A stretch of 64,000 bases of DNA from an uncultured Gemmatimonadaceae bacterium (GCA_963781585.1 CAWAGQ010000004.1:544001-608000); one strand, 5' to 3'. Positions 1 through 10,689 are shown, counted from the stretch's first letter. Program-made: numbers and translations. The notes: generated from the sequence alone by a model not told the origin.

Positions 1-1
1 G

Positions 2-592
2 GCGCGTGCGGCGCTCGGCCTTGGTGCGCGCGAGCGGGTCCTCGCGCTGTTCCCCGGAAGCCGACGGCAGGAGATCGACCGGCACCTCGCGGACTTCGTG
101 GCGGCGGCACGCCTGCTCGAGCAGCGGTACGCGGGACTTCGCGTGCTGGTCTCCGCGGCGCCCGGTGTGGAGCTCGACACCGCGCGGTGCCCGTATCCGC
201 AAGTGCGGGATGCGTCGCTCTTGCTTCTGCGCGCAGCCGATGCCGCCTTGTGCAAGAGTGGCACGACGACCCTGGAGGCGGCGGTCGCGGGTTGCCCGAT
301 GGTGGTGGCGTACCGAACCAGCCCCTGGACCCACGCCATCGCGCGTCGCGTGGTCCGCATTCCTCACATCGGACTCGTCAACGTCGTGGCCGGGCGCGAA
401 GTGGCGCGTGAATTCGTGCAGCAGGCGCTTGAGCCATCGGCGGTCGCAGAAGCGCTGGCGCCGCTACTCGATTCCGGGAGTCAGGAAAGGTCGCGGATGG
501 TCCAGGCTCTGGCCGAAGTGCGCAGTCGCCTGGGGGCTCCTGGTGCGGCCGGTCGCGTGGCGTCGATTGTCTCCGATCTGGCGCCGGCGTGA
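2..592 (+). CDS. lpxB: lipid-A-disaccharide synthase (5' truncated by window edge)
   Basis: Frame is open from position 2 and reads ...VLALFPGSRRQEI; also has KSGTTTLEAA and IGLVNVVAGREVAREFVQ motifs; lies upstream of lpxK. Confidence 0.93.
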   Translation, partial: ARAALGLGARERVLALFPGSRRQEIDRHLADFVAAARLLEQRYAGLRVLVSAAPGVELDTARCPYPQVRDASLLLLRAADAALCKSGTTTLEAAVAGCPMVVAYRTSPWTHAIARRVVRIPHIGLVNVVAGREVAREFVQQALEPSAVAEALAPLLDSGSQERSRMVQALAEVRSRLGAPGAAGRVASIVSDLAPA

Positions 593-1254
593 CTGTCGAC
601 CGCTCGCGCCGGATGGGGCGGAGGCTCCGCGTGGCGTTCGCGGCCGGCGCCGGCTCCATTCTGGTTCGGCTGCTGGGCCTGACGTGGCGATATCGACTCC
701 GGAACCGGGAGAATGTCGAGGAACTCCGGATGCAGGGAAGGCCGATCCTGTTTGCGCTGTGGCACGGAGAACTGCTCCCGCTGCTCTGGCTCCATCGCCG
801 CGAGCACATGAGCGTGCTGATCAGTCAACACTCGGACGGCGAGATCATAGCGCGGATCGCGCGATCGCTTGGCTACGAAGCGGTTCGCGGCTCGACGTCG
901 CGGGGCGGTGTGCGCGCGGTGCTCGAAATCGTGCAGGTCCTGGAGGCACGCCGGGAGGTGGCTATCACACCGGACGGACCGCGCGGACCGCGCCACGAAT
1001 TCGCTCCCGGCACGTTGGCCATCGCGCAGCGTTCGGGGGCGCCGCTGGTGTGCGTGCGAGCCAACGCCTCGCGGGGCTGGCATCTGCGCACGTGGGATCG
1101 GTTCGTGATCCCGAAACCGTTCGCGCGCATCACGGTGGGATACAGCGAGCCAGAGGTCGTTCGTGCGGCCACCGTGCGAGACGCCGAGCGTGAGGCGCCG
1201 CGGTTCGCCCAGCTGATGAGGCAACTGTCGCGACAGGCCGGAGCGGCCGAATGA
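589..1254 (+). CDS. DUF374 / lysophospholipid acyltransferase family protein (LpxJ-like lipid A late acyltransferase candidate)
   Basis: LWHG, SQHSDGE, VRGSTSRGG, ITPDGPRGP and WDRFVIPKPF motifs; overlaps lpxB and lpxK by 4 nt each. Confidence 0.82.
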   Translation: MTVDRSRRMGRRLRVAFAAGAGSILVRLLGLTWRYRLRNRENVEELRMQGRPILFALWHGELLPLLWLHRREHMSVLISQHSDGEIIARIARSLGYEAVRGSTSRGGVRAVLEIVQVLEARREVAITPDGPRGPRHEFAPGTLAIAQRSGAPLVCVRANASRGWHLRTWDRFVIPKPFARITVGYSEPEVVRAATVRDAEREAPRFAQLMRQLSRQAGAAE

Positions 1255-2288
1255 CCGGCGATCGCGTGTGGTTCGGCGAGGGACGCGGCGCTCGGGTGGC
1301 CCGGGTTGGCCTGGCGCCGGCAGCGACGGCGTACCGGGTGGTGATGGCCGTACGCAACACCCTGTTCGACCGGGGTTTCCTGGTACAACGACGCGTGGAC
1401 CTCCCAACGGTCTGCGTCGGGAATCTCTCGGTGGGAGGTACGGGAAAGACTCCGATTGCGGCGTGGGTTGCGGGCGCACTACGTGCGCGCGATGCGAATC
1501 CGGCCATTGTGCTCCGGGGCTATGGCGCCGACGAGACCGCCGTTCATCGGCAGCTGAATCCCACGATTCCGATCGTGGTGAGTGGGGACCGGGTTCGGGG
1601 GGTCGCGCGGGCCCACGCCGCGGGGGCCGATATTGCCGTGCTCGACGACGGCTTTCAGCACCGGCGCGCGGCGCGCGACGAGGACATCGTGCTCGTCAGC
1701 GCCGATCGCTGGCGCGAGCCGATACGCCTGCTGCCGGCGGGTCCGTGGCGTGAGCCGATCGTGTCGCTGCGGCGCGCCACCCTGGTGGTGGTCACTCGTA
1801 AGGCAGCGGCGGCAGGTGATGCTGCGGTGCTGGCGGAACGGCTGGCTTCGCTGACGCGTACCGGTGCGGGCGCGGTGATCGCGCTCCGACTCGGCGTGTT
1901 GTGCGAGGTGCACGGGATGCGACGGCTGGCGGTCGAGCGCCTGCGAGGCGAGCGGGTGCTGCTGGTGGCCGGGGTCGGGGACCCACAGGCGTTGGCGCGG
2001 CAGGTGGAGGCGGCGGGCGCCGTTTCGGAACCGGAGTGGTTTCCGGATCACCATCAATACACGGCCACTGAGATCAAGCGCCTGGCCAGTCGCGCCGAGG
2101 CTGTTGACCGGGTGGTATGCACCCTGAAGGACGCGGTCAAGCTGGGGGATCTCTGGCCTCGCCAAGCTCCCGGGCTCTGGTATTTTTCACAGCGCGTTGA
2201 GGTCGAGCGGGGCAGCGAGTTGATCGATGCCCTGCTGGACCGGCTGCTCGACGCGCGGCGCCTGACGACACCAATAACCGCCGGCTGA
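1251..2288 (+). CDS. lpxK: tetraacyldisaccharide 4'-kinase
   Basis: [14 protein letters not shown]-loop, [29 protein letters not shown]. Confidence 0.95.
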   Translation: MTGDRVWFGEGRGARVARVGLAPAATAYRVVMAVRNTLFDRGFLVQRRVDLPTVCVGNLSVGGTGKTPIAAWVAGALRARDANPAIVLRGYGADETAVHRQLNPTIPIVVSGDRVRGVARAHAAGADIAVLDDGFQHRRAARDEDIVLVSADRWREPIRLLPAGPWREPIVSLRRATLVVVTRKAAAAGDAAVLAERLASLTRTGAGAVIALRLGVLCEVHGMRRLAVERLRGERVLLVAGVGDPQALARQVEAAGAVSEPEWFPDHHQYTATEIKRLASRAEAVDRVVCTLKDAVKLGDLWPRQAPGLWYFSQRVEVERGSELIDALLDRLLDARRLTTPITAG

Positions 2289-2313
2289 GCTCCGGCGCGT
2301 GAGAGCGACCGAC

Positions 2314-3621
2314 ATGACTACCGACCTGCGGCTTCCCACCGACGCGATTGTGCAGCCTGACAAGGACCGGTTTCTGAACGAGGAGAATCCGTTCGAGGCG
2401 ATGATGCTGCGCTTCGATCGCGCCGCCGAGCTGCTGGACCTCGAGCCCGGGCTGTACAAGGTGCTGCGGAAGCCGGAGAAGCAGATCATCGTGGCCTGTC
2501 CGGTGATGATGGACAACGGGGAGATCGAGGTATTCACGGGCATCCGCGTGCTCTACAACACGTCCCGCGGCCCGGCCAAGGGCGGCATACGCTTCGACCT
2601 GAACGTGACGCTGGACGAGGTCACGGCCCTGGCGGCGTGGATGACGTGGAAGTGCGCGGTGGTGAACGTGCCGTTCGGGGGCTCGAAGGGTGGGGTGATC
2701 TGTGACCCGCTGAAGATGAGTGTCGTGGAGCTCGAGCGCCTGACGCGGCGCTTTACGACCGGGATCATCACCACGCTGGGGCCCGACTCGGACGTTCCGG
2801 CGCCGGACGTGAACACGAACGAGCGCGTCATGGCCTGGATCATGGACACGTACTCGATGCACGTGCGACACACCGTCACCTCGGTGGTGACGGGGAAGCC
2901 GGTCGAGATGGGGGGATCGCTGGGCCGGCGCGAGGCAACGGGCCGGGGATGCATGCTGGTGACCAAGGAGGCGCTCTCGCATCTCGGCATGAGCGTGCGG
3001 GGCACCTCGGTGGCCGTGCAGGGATTCGGCAACGTGGGGTCGGTCACGGCGCAGCTGCTGGCGCGCGAAGGGTGCAAGGTCGTCGCGGTCAGCGACCGCA
3101 CGGGCGCGATATACAATCCGAACGGCCTGGATGTCGACGACGTCATCGCGCACGTGCGCCACAACAAGACGCTCGAGGGATACCTCAAGGCCCAGCGCCT
3201 CACCAACGAGGAGCTGCTGGTGCTGGACGTGGATGTGCTCGTGCCGGCGGCACTGGAGAACGTCATCACGACCAAGAACGCGCCCAGGATTCGCGCCAAG
3301 ATCATCTGCGAAGGGGCCAACGGCCCGACCACCGCCGCGGCCGATTCGATCCTCGATGAAAAGGGCGTGTTCGTCATTCCCGACATCCTGGCCAATGCCG
3401 GCGGCGTGACGGTATCGTACTTCGAGTGGGTCCAGGACCGGGGCGGCTACTTCTGGAGCGAGGACACCGTCAACGAGCGGCTGCGGGACATCATTGTGCA
3501 CGGATTCCGGGATGTCCTGGAATTATCGCGCCAGCACAAGGTGAACATGCGCACCGCCGCGTACATGCTGTCCATCAGCCGGGTGGCCACCGTGCACCGG
3601 TTGCGCGGCATCTATGCCTAA
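2314..3621 (+). CDS. gdhA: Glu/Leu/Phe/Val dehydrogenase (glutamate dehydrogenase)
   Basis: [60 protein letters not shown] 2314 preferred over GTG 2299. Confidence 0.95.
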   Translation: MTTDLRLPTDAIVQPDKDRFLNEENPFEAMMLRFDRAAELLDLEPGLYKVLRKPEKQIIVACPVMMDNGEIEVFTGIRVLYNTSRGPAKGGIRFDLNVTLDEVTALAAWMTWKCAVVNVPFGGSKGGVICDPLKMSVVELERLTRRFTTGIITTLGPDSDVPAPDVNTNERVMAWIMDTYSMHVRHTVTSVVTGKPVEMGGSLGRREATGRGCMLVTKEALSHLGMSVRGTSVAVQGFGNVGSVTAQLLAREGCKVVAVSDRTGAIYNPNGLDVDDVIAHVRHNKTLEGYLKAQRLTNEELLVLDVDVLVPAALENVITTKNAPRIRAKIICEGANGPTTAAADSILDEKGVFVIPDILANAGGVTVSYFEWVQDRGGYFWSEDTVNERLRDIIVHGFRDVLELSRQHKVNMRTAAYMLSISRVATVHRLRGIYA

Positions 3622-3648
3622 CGGCGACGTGAGGACGAAACCAGACGG

Positions 3649-3748
3649 GCCCCCGTCGCGGACAGCCGGCACGGCGTGATCGCCGCCGGGGTCGCGGCGT
3701 GCTGCGGTCGCGGGATCACGAGCGACGGGTGCCGGAGTGGACGGGGGC
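3649..3748. other. ~100-nt nested inverted repeat (rod-like hairpin) in the gdhA-rlmH intergenic region
   Basis: GCCCCCGTC 3649-57 / GACGGGGGC 3740-48; CCGGCAC 3666-72 / GTGCCGG 3729-35; CGTGATC 3675-81 / GATCACG 3714-20. Confidence 0.5.
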
Positions 3749-3806
3749 GCGTTGAAGACCGGGCGGGGCGGCGCGACCCGCCGGTTCGCGGGCATCCCGC
3801 AACGCG

Positions 3807-4268
3807 ATGAAATTCCGTCTGATCGTCGTGGGTCGTTCCCGCGACCAGGGTCTGACGGCCGCGATCGGCGCGTTCGAGACGCGAGCGGCGCGCTACTGGC
3901 CGCTCGAGGTCGTCGCGCTGCGCGGCGAGCCGTCCCGGGCGGTGTCCGCCTCCGAGGCGCGACGCCGCGAAGGCGAACGGATCGCTGCCCATCTGCGCGC
4001 GCCAACTCTTGTCGCCTGCGACGAACGCGGAGAGCGTCTGGCCTCGATCCCGTTTGCCCGATGGTTGCAGCAGCTCCGTGAACGCGCTGCAGACGTGGAT
4101 CTGGTGATCGGTGGGGCCCACGGCCTGGACGACGCGATACGAGCGCGCGCCGCGCGACTGCTGGCGCTGGCGCCGTGGACGCTCTCCCACGAACTTGCGC
4201 GACTGGTGCTGGCCGAGCAGCTGTATCGCGCCGGGACGATCCTGCGCGGCGAGCCCTATCACAAGTGA
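3807..4268 (+). CDS. rlmH: 23S rRNA (pseudouridine1915-N3)-methyltransferase
   Basis: IGGAHGL, HELARLVLAEQLYRA...GEPYHK SPOUT C-terminus; 153 aa. Confidence 0.95.
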   Translation: MKFRLIVVGRSRDQGLTAAIGAFETRAARYWPLEVVALRGEPSRAVSASEARRREGERIAAHLRAPTLVACDERGERLASIPFARWLQQLRERAADVDLVIGGAHGLDDAIRARAARLLALAPWTLSHELARLVLAEQLYRAGTILRGEPYHK

Positions 4269-4284
4269 GTTATCTTCCCTGCCC

Positions 4285-5865
4285 ATGCCGGAGCCCGCGC
4301 CCCAGCTCGTGACGGAGCCCCTCGGTGGGCCGCCGCTGGCGCGGCGGGCCACCGAGGGGGCGTTGGCGTCGGAGTGGCTCGTTCGGGGGCCGGCGACCGG
4401 GGAGGAATGGCAGGCGCGGGGCGCCGACGTGCGGGCCAGCGTGCCGCCCGGATGGTTCGACGCGCTGGCCGGCGCTCTCGACACCGGCGGCGCCGCGCGC
4501 GACCGCCTAACGCGAGCGGCCGGAGGTGCTGGCGTGGTGGTGACCACCGGGCAGCAGCCGGGGCTGTTCGGGGGGCCGTTGTACACATGGGCGAAGGCCC
4601 TGTCGGCGCTGGCGCTGGCCAACGAACTGGAGGTGGCAACGGGCCGGCCGGTGGCGCCCGTGTTCTGGGCGGCCACGGATGACACCGACTTCCTCGAGTC
4701 CTCTTGGACGATGGTGTCGCTTCCCGGGGGCGCGCAACGCCTGGCGTTGCATCGCCAGGCGACGGATCGGCTCCCCCTCGCCGAGATTCCGCTGGGCGAT
4801 GTCTCGTCATTGGTGGCCGATCTGGAACGTGCCGCCGGATCGGCGGTCGACCCGCGCCCGCTGGATGCGGTGCGGCGCGCCTACCGCGCCGACGCCACCA
4901 TCGGGGGGGCGTACGTCGCGCTGCTGCGAGAGCTGCTCGAGCCATTGGGAATCGCCGTGCTCGATGCATCGCACCGTGACGTCGTGGCGGCGGCGCGCCC
5001 CCTGCTGGCTCGTGCCCTCGACCGGGCTGCCGGACTGGAGTCGGCCTTGCACGATCGTGGCGCGGCGATCCGGGCCGCCGGCTTCGAGCCGCAGGTTCCC
5101 GACGTCGCGGGCCTCTCCCTCGTGTTCGAGCGGAACGGCGCGTCCAAGCGGCGGGTCTCCGTGGGCCGGGCCCCGAGTGTGGCCGTCGACCCGGCGGCCG
5201 AAGGCCTGTCGCCTAACGTGCTGCTTCGGCCGGTGCTGGAGCGGACGCTGCTGCCGACGGTGGCCTATCTCGCCGGTCCGGGTGAGCTCGCCTACTTCGC
5301 GCAGGTCAGCGCCGTAGCCGATGTGCTGAACGTGCCCCGGCCGCTGGCACTGCCACGGTGGAGCGTCACCATCATCGAGCCGCATGTGGCGGAACTCCTG
5401 CAGCGTCATGGCGTGTCGCCCGAAGACTTCGCGGCGCCCGACGCCGTCGAGACGCGTCTGGCGCGGGCGCGCTGGCCGGAGCGCGGCGCGCGGGCGCTCG
5501 CCGACCTGCGCGCCGCGCTCACGGCGGGCGTGGAGAGCGTCCGCTCCGCGCTGGCGGGCGACGGCGACGTGAGGATGGCGCCGTCGACGGTCGACGCGAT
5601 CGAGCGCGGCGTGGAATGGCGGCTTTCCCGCTTCGAACGGCGCATGACAGCCGCCGTGAAACGACGCCAGTCGGAGATGATGACCGAGCTCGGTACGGTG
5701 CGGGGGGCACTCTACCCCGGAGGGATTCGTCAGGAACGCGCCCTCAATCTGATCCCGCTGCTGGCGCGCTACGGCCTCCCACTGCTCGACCGGATGACCG
5801 AGGCGGCGCGGGAGCACGCGCGAGGCCTGGTGACCGGTGAGGCGGCCGTACCGGCGCGTCGATGA
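4285..5865 (+). CDS. bshC: bacillithiol biosynthesis cysteine-adding enzyme BshC-like protein
   Basis: VVTTGQQPGLFGGPLYT, PVFWAATDD, SPNVLLRP, AYLAGPGELAYFAQ, QER motifs; start set at ATG 4285, after the rlmH stop. Confidence 0.85.
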   Translation: MPEPAPQLVTEPLGGPPLARRATEGALASEWLVRGPATGEEWQARGADVRASVPPGWFDALAGALDTGGAARDRLTRAAGGAGVVVTTGQQPGLFGGPLYTWAKALSALALANELEVATGRPVAPVFWAATDDTDFLESSWTMVSLPGGAQRLALHRQATDRLPLAEIPLGDVSSLVADLERAAGSAVDPRPLDAVRRAYRADATIGGAYVALLRELLEPLGIAVLDASHRDVVAAARPLLARALDRAAGLESALHDRGAAIRAAGFEPQVPDVAGLSLVFERNGASKRRVSVGRAPSVAVDPAAEGLSPNVLLRPVLERTLLPTVAYLAGPGELAYFAQVSAVADVLNVPRPLALPRWSVTIIEPHVAELLQRHGVSPEDFAAPDAVETRLARARWPERGARALADLRAALTAGVESVRSALAGDGDVRMAPSTVDAIERGVEWRLSRFERRMTAAVKRRQSEMMTELGTVRGALYPGGIRQERALNLIPLLARYGLPLLDRMTEAAREHARGLVTGEAAVPARR

Positions 5866-7490
5866 CCGACGGCTACACCGCGACGGACCAGGTCGATCCG
5901 GAAGGCTCGTCGCTTCCCTCAGGTGGGAAAGCGGCGTCATTGGTCGCCGCCGGGATCCTGCTGAGCCGGATCTTCGGACTCGTCAGGCAGCGCATCTTCG
6001 CCCAATACCTGGGTACCTCGGACATCACCGATGCCTTCAACGCGGCCTTCCGCATTCCGAACATCCTGCAGAACCTGTTTGGAGAGGGGGTGTTGTCGGC
6101 GTCCTTCATTCCGGTCTACGCGCGGCTCCGCAGTCGCGGCGACGACGCCGGGCGACGCGAGGTGGCCGGCGCGGTCCTGACGCTCCTGCTCCTGGCGACG
6201 TCCCTGCTGGTGCTCATCGGCATCGCCCTCGCGCCGGTGCTCGTCACGCTCATCGTGCCGTCGTGGAGCGGACCAAAGCGCGAGCTGACCGTGCGGCTCA
6301 TGCGCGTGTTGTTCCCGGGGGCCGCGCTGTTCGTGCTCGGCGCCTGGACGCTCGGCGTCCTCAACAGCCACGGGCGCTTCTTCCTGTCGTATGTGTCCGG
6401 CGTGTTCTGGAACCTGGCGATGATCGTCACGCTGCTCGTGTTCGGAGGGCACACCAACGACACGCGGCTCGTCTGGTTGCTGGCCTGGGGTTCGGTGGTC
6501 GGGGCGCTGCTGCAATTCGCCGTGCAGGTGCCTTCGGCGCGGGCGCTGCTCGGGGCATTCCGACTGCATTGGGGACGCCACTCGTCCCACGTGAAGACCG
6601 TAGTGCGCAACTTCGTCCCGGTGTTCCTGGGGCGGGGCGTGACGAGCATCAGCGGGTACTCCGACGCGTTCCTCGCCGGTTTCCTGGGCGAGGGCGCGAT
6701 CACCGCGCTGACATACGCACAGGTGATCTACATGCTGCCGATAAGCCTGTTCGGCATGGCGGTGTCAGCGGCCGAACTGCCCGCGATGTCCAGCGTGGCC
6801 GGGCTCCAGGGCGACGTGACGCGCGTGCTGCGCGCGCGGGTGGAAACGGCGCTGGCCCGGATCGCGTTCTTCGTCGTGCCGTCGGCCACGGGCTTTCTGA
6901 CGCTCGGGGACGAAGTGGCCGGCTTTATCTATCGAGGCGGGCGCTTTGGAGCGGCCGAGGCGCGGTGGGTCTGGGCCGTTCTCGCGGGAGCGGCCGTTGG
7001 ACTGGTGGCGTCCGGGTTGGGGAGGCTCTATTCGTCAGCCTTCTACGCCCTCCACGACGCGCGCACGCCGCTTCGGTTTGCGGCGGCACGCGTGACGATC
7101 TCCATTGCGCTCGGCGCCACGCTGTCGTTGCTCGGCCCACGCGCATTGGGGATCGATGTGCAATGGGGTGTGGCCGGCATCACGCTGGCTTCCGGACTGG
7201 CGGGATGGGTCGAGTTCACGCTGCTTCGGCGCGCGCTGACGCGGCGAATCGGCATGGCCGCGCTCTCGTGGCGCGGCCTGGGTATGCTGTGGGCCGGCGC
7301 GGCGACGGCCGCCGCGGTGTCGTTCGCGGCCCGCTGGCTTCCGCTGCATGTGCCTGCCATGGTGCGCTCGGCGCTGCTCATCGCCCTCTTCACCGTCGTG
7401 TACCTGATGGTCACCTGGTGGCTCGGTGTTCCCGAAGCGCGCCAGCTGGGACAGCGGGTTCGCCGGATCGCCGGAGCCAGGAGACGTTGA
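5862..7490 (+). CDS. murJ: lipid II flippase MurJ (MviN)
   Basis: SRIFGLVRQ, DAFNAAFRIPNILQNLFGEG, FYALHDARTP; many transmembrane segments. Confidence 0.93.
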   Translation: MTDGYTATDQVDPEGSSLPSGGKAASLVAAGILLSRIFGLVRQRIFAQYLGTSDITDAFNAAFRIPNILQNLFGEGVLSASFIPVYARLRSRGDDAGRREVAGAVLTLLLLATSLLVLIGIALAPVLVTLIVPSWSGPKRELTVRLMRVLFPGAALFVLGAWTLGVLNSHGRFFLSYVSGVFWNLAMIVTLLVFGGHTNDTRLVWLLAWGSVVGALLQFAVQVPSARALLGAFRLHWGRHSSHVKTVVRNFVPVFLGRGVTSISGYSDAFLAGFLGEGAITALTYAQVIYMLPISLFGMAVSAAELPAMSSVAGLQGDVTRVLRARVETALARIAFFVVPSATGFLTLGDEVAGFIYRGGRFGAAEARWVWAVLAGAAVGLVASGLGRLYSSAFYALHDARTPLRFAAARVTISIALGATLSLLGPRALGIDVQWGVAGITLASGLAGWVEFTLLRRALTRRIGMAALSWRGLGMLWAGAATAAAVSFAARWLPLHVPAMVRSALLIALFTVVYLMVTWWLGVPEARQLGQRVRRIAGARRR

Positions 7491-7639
7491 TGCGCCGAGG
7501 CTGCGCTTTCGCGGCCTCGTAGCGGCGTGCCGTGCGCCGCTCCGATCCGGCAAGCGATCGCCGGGCATCCACCGTTCGGCCACCCGCCCCGGACCCGGCG
7601 CGGGCCGCCGCCATCTCCGACGCGCACGTAAATTTCATC

Positions 7640-9547
7640 ATGCGTGCGATTCCCGAGTCCGTGGAAACCAAGCTCCGGCACCTTCCGGAGTCGCCCGGCG
7701 TGTATCTGTGGAAGGACCGCGAGAGTCGCGTGCTCTATGTGGGGAAAGCAAAACGTCTGCGCTCGCGAGTGCGCAGTTACTTCACCGCCGATCAGGAGGG
7801 TAGCGTCAAGACCGAGGCGCTCGTACGCCTCGTGTGCGATGTCGACACCATTGTGGTGCCGAGTGAGGCCCACGCACTCATTCTCGAGAACAATCTCATC
7901 AAGGAATACCGGCCGCGCTTCAACATCCAGCTGCGCGACGACAAGTCATACCCATACATCAAAGTGACCGTCCAGGAGCCGTTCCCCCGCGTGATCGTCA
8001 CCCGCCAATTCGTGGGCGACGGCGCGCGGTACTTCGGTCCGTATACCGATGTCGGTGCCATGCGTCGCGCGCTCAACGTGGTGCGGCGCATTTTTACCGT
8101 GCGATCCTGCCACTACGCGTTGCCCGGTGATGCGCCAGAGCGCCCGTGTCTCGATTACCACATTGGGCGCTGCATGGCGCCCTGCGTCGGTCTGCAAACC
8201 AGCGCCGACTACCGGGCGATGATCGACGAAGTAGTGCTGTTTCTCGACGGCCGGACGGACGAGGTCGTGCGCCGAGTCCGCGAGCGCATGGAATCCGCTT
8301 CGCAACGGCTGGACTTCGAGCGTGCCGCGAAGCTCCGCGACGCGTTGGTGCACCTGGAACGAATGGAAGAACCGACCGTGGTGCTGCAGGTGGAAGGCGG
8401 CGACCGCGACGTCATCGGTCTCGCGAGAGACGGTGACGACGCCTGCCTGACGATCCTCCGGATTCGCGGCGGCAAGCTCCTTGCGAGAGACCAGCGGTTC
8501 CTGCAGTTCGTGGAAGGCGAGAGCGAGGCAGACATTCTCTCGGCGTTTCTGGTTCGCGGCTACCTGACCGACTCCGATCGTGCCCCGGAACTCCTCGTTC
8601 CCCTGGATTTCGACGACCGGGCACTGATCGAGACTTCCCTGCGGCCCACGACGATCAGGATCCCGCAACGAGGGCCGCGACGAGAGCTGGTGGATCTCGC
8701 CGAGCAGAACGCCCGCCACCTGCTGGAAGAGTTCAAGCTCGCGTCATCGGAAGCGGAGGAGCGGGCCAGCAACCCGGTGTACGAGTTGCAGCGCGAGCTG
8801 GGGCTCCAGCGCGTTCCGCGAAGTCTGGTGTGCTTCGACATCTCCACCGCGCACGGGACGGATACCGTGGGATCCTGCGTCTGGTTCGAGAACGGCCGTC
8901 CGAAACGGTCCGAATACCGCAAGTACAAGGTGCGCACAGTGGAAGGCGCGGATGATTTTGCCGCAATGCGCGAGGTGGTGGAGCGGTACTTCCGTCGCCG
9001 GATCGACGAGAAGCAGTCGCTGCCCGACCTGATCGTCGTGGATGGGGGCAGGGGGCAGCTCTCGGCCGCCCTCGAAGCCCTCACTGCGGTCGGGCTGGAG
9101 GAGCGGCCCCTGGCGAGCCTCGCCAAGCGCGAAGAAGAGGTCTTTGTTCCGGGGCGCAGCGACTCACTCCGGCTCCCGCGGCGCTCGCCGGCGCTCCGAC
9201 TGCTCCAGCAGGCGCGCGACGAGGCCCACCGATTCGCCGTGACTTTCAATCGCGCGCGGAGAAGCACTCGGACGCTCACGTCGAAACTGCTCGAGATCCC
9301 TGGCATCGGCCCAAAGAAGCGACGGGCCCTTCTCAGCGCGTTCGGGAGTCTGGCGGGCGTGCGGGGAGCCGATCCGGATGCCATCGCGGCGCTACCGGGA
9401 TTCTCACACACGAGCGCCCAGCGGCTTCTCAACGTGTTGCATTCATCCGACCGCGTCGCACCGGCCGATCACGAAAGCGGCTCGCCGCCGTCGAGCGACG
9501 AAGCCGCTCAATCCTTCGCAGCCCAGTCGGAGACCGAAGAACAGTGA
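7640..9547 (+). CDS. uvrC: excinuclease ABC subunit C
   Basis: LPESPGVY, YVGKAKRLRSRVRSYF GIY-YIG domain, LRDDKSYPY, CFDIS, VDGGRGQL, RDEAHRFA, HhH IPGIGPK. Confidence 0.96.
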   Translation: MRAIPESVETKLRHLPESPGVYLWKDRESRVLYVGKAKRLRSRVRSYFTADQEGSVKTEALVRLVCDVDTIVVPSEAHALILENNLIKEYRPRFNIQLRDDKSYPYIKVTVQEPFPRVIVTRQFVGDGARYFGPYTDVGAMRRALNVVRRIFTVRSCHYALPGDAPERPCLDYHIGRCMAPCVGLQTSADYRAMIDEVVLFLDGRTDEVVRRVRERMESASQRLDFERAAKLRDALVHLERMEEPTVVLQVEGGDRDVIGLARDGDDACLTILRIRGGKLLARDQRFLQFVEGESEADILSAFLVRGYLTDSDRAPELLVPLDFDDRALIETSLRPTTIRIPQRGPRRELVDLAEQNARHLLEEFKLASSEAEERASNPVYELQRELGLQRVPRSLVCFDISTAHGTDTVGSCVWFENGRPKRSEYRKYKVRTVEGADDFAAMREVVERYFRRRIDEKQSLPDLIVVDGGRGQLSAALEALTAVGLEERPLASLAKREEEVFVPGRSDSLRLPRRSPALRLLQQARDEAHRFAVTFNRARRSTRTLTSKLLEIPGIGPKKRRALLSAFGSLAGVRGADPDAIAALPGFSHTSAQRLLNVLHSSDRVAPADHESGSPPSSDEAAQSFAAQSETEEQ

Positions 9548-10689
9548 CCACGTGGACCCTCGTCTGCTCGTCGTGTGACCATGAGGAGCGGCAGGACGCT
9601 CCCATGGGTCTCTGCCCCAAGTGCGGCCAGCCCTTTCTGGCACGATTCACGTCGCCGGCGCCGTCGCGCGATGCCATTCTGCCGCGGTGGGACATGTGGC
9701 GGTATGCAAATTCGCTTCCTCTCAAGGACGGAGAGGCTCCTGTTTCTCTCGGCGAAGGTGCCACACCGTTGATCGAACTTCCCCAGTTGGCTCGCGAGCT
9801 GGGAGTGCGCAGGCTCTGGGTCAAGGACGAGGGGGTCAACCCCACTGCCTCGTTCAAGGCGCGCGGGCTCAGCGCCGCGGTCACGCGCGCGAAGGCCAGA
9901 GGGGTCCCGGGACTCGTTGTGCCAACGGCGGGAAATGCCGGTGCGGCGCTGGCGGCGTACGGCGCAGCCGCGGGGCTTCCGGTGCACGTTTTTGCGCCGG
10001 CGACCACACCGCGGCCCATCCTCGACACGATTCGCGCCATGGGAGTGGAGCTGACGACGGTCGACGGACACATCGGTGACGCGGGAAGACTGTCGGTCCA
10101 GTTCGCAACGGAAAGCGGCTACTTCAACGTCGCGACGCTGCGCGAGCCGTATCGCGCGGAAGGGAACAAGTCCCTGGGCCTCGAACTCGCCGAGCAACTG
10201 GGCTGGCGCCTTCCGGATGTCGTCGTCTACCCCACCGGTGGTGGTGAAGGAGTGATTGGCATGTGGAAGGCGTTCGGCGAGATGCAGGAATGGGGCTGGC
10301 TGGATCGTGCAGTGCCGTTGCCGAGGATCGTAGTGGCGCAGGCGGCGGGATGCGCGCCACTGGTGCGTGCGCTCCGCGACGGGGCGGACCGAGCGACGCC
10401 TTGGGAGAATCCCTCGACCCATGCGGCTGGGTTGCGGGTTCCCGGCCCGCTGGGCGATCGGCTGGTTTTGCGCGCCATTCGGGCGACGCAGGGCGACGCA
10501 GAGAGTGCCGACGAGGATGAGATTCGAGGGACGACGATGCACTTGGCGGCGATGTCTGGAATCGATGCAGCTCCCGAGGGCGGGTGTGCCCTGGCGGTCG
10601 CCCGGCGCCTGGCAAAAGAGGGGCGCATTCCTGGTAACGCCGAGGTGGTCGTGTACAACACCGGGAGCGGTGCGTCGTATCGCTCGTAG
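9544..10689 (+). CDS. thrC: threonine synthase (PLP fold-II)
   Basis: N-terminal CxxC..CxxC, SLGEGATPL, NPTASFKARG PLP lysine, TAGNAG, YPTGGG. Confidence 0.85.
   Translation: MTTWTLVCSSCDHEERQDAPMGLCPKCGQPFLARFTSPAPSRDAILPRWDMWRYANSLPLKDGEAPVSLGEGATPLIELPQLARELGVRRLWVKDEGVNPTASFKARGLSAAVTRAKARGVPGLVVPTAGNAGAALAAYGAAAGLPVHVFAPATTPRPILDTIRAMGVELTTVDGHIGDAGRLSVQFATESGYFNVATLREPYRAEGNKSLGLELAEQLGWRLPDVVVYPTGGGEGVIGMWKAFGEMQEWGWLDRAVPLPRIVVAQAAGCAPLVRALRDGADRATPWENPSTHAAGLRVPGPLGDRLVLRAIRATQGDAESADEDEIRGTTMHLAAMSGIDAAPEGGCALAVARRLAKEGRIPGNAEVVVYNTGSGASYRS

Noticed and set aside
3628..3642. CGTGAGGACGAAAC resembles the 3' half of a hammerhead ribozyme core
   Set aside because: No upstream CTGATGA box and no matching stem II 5' strand.
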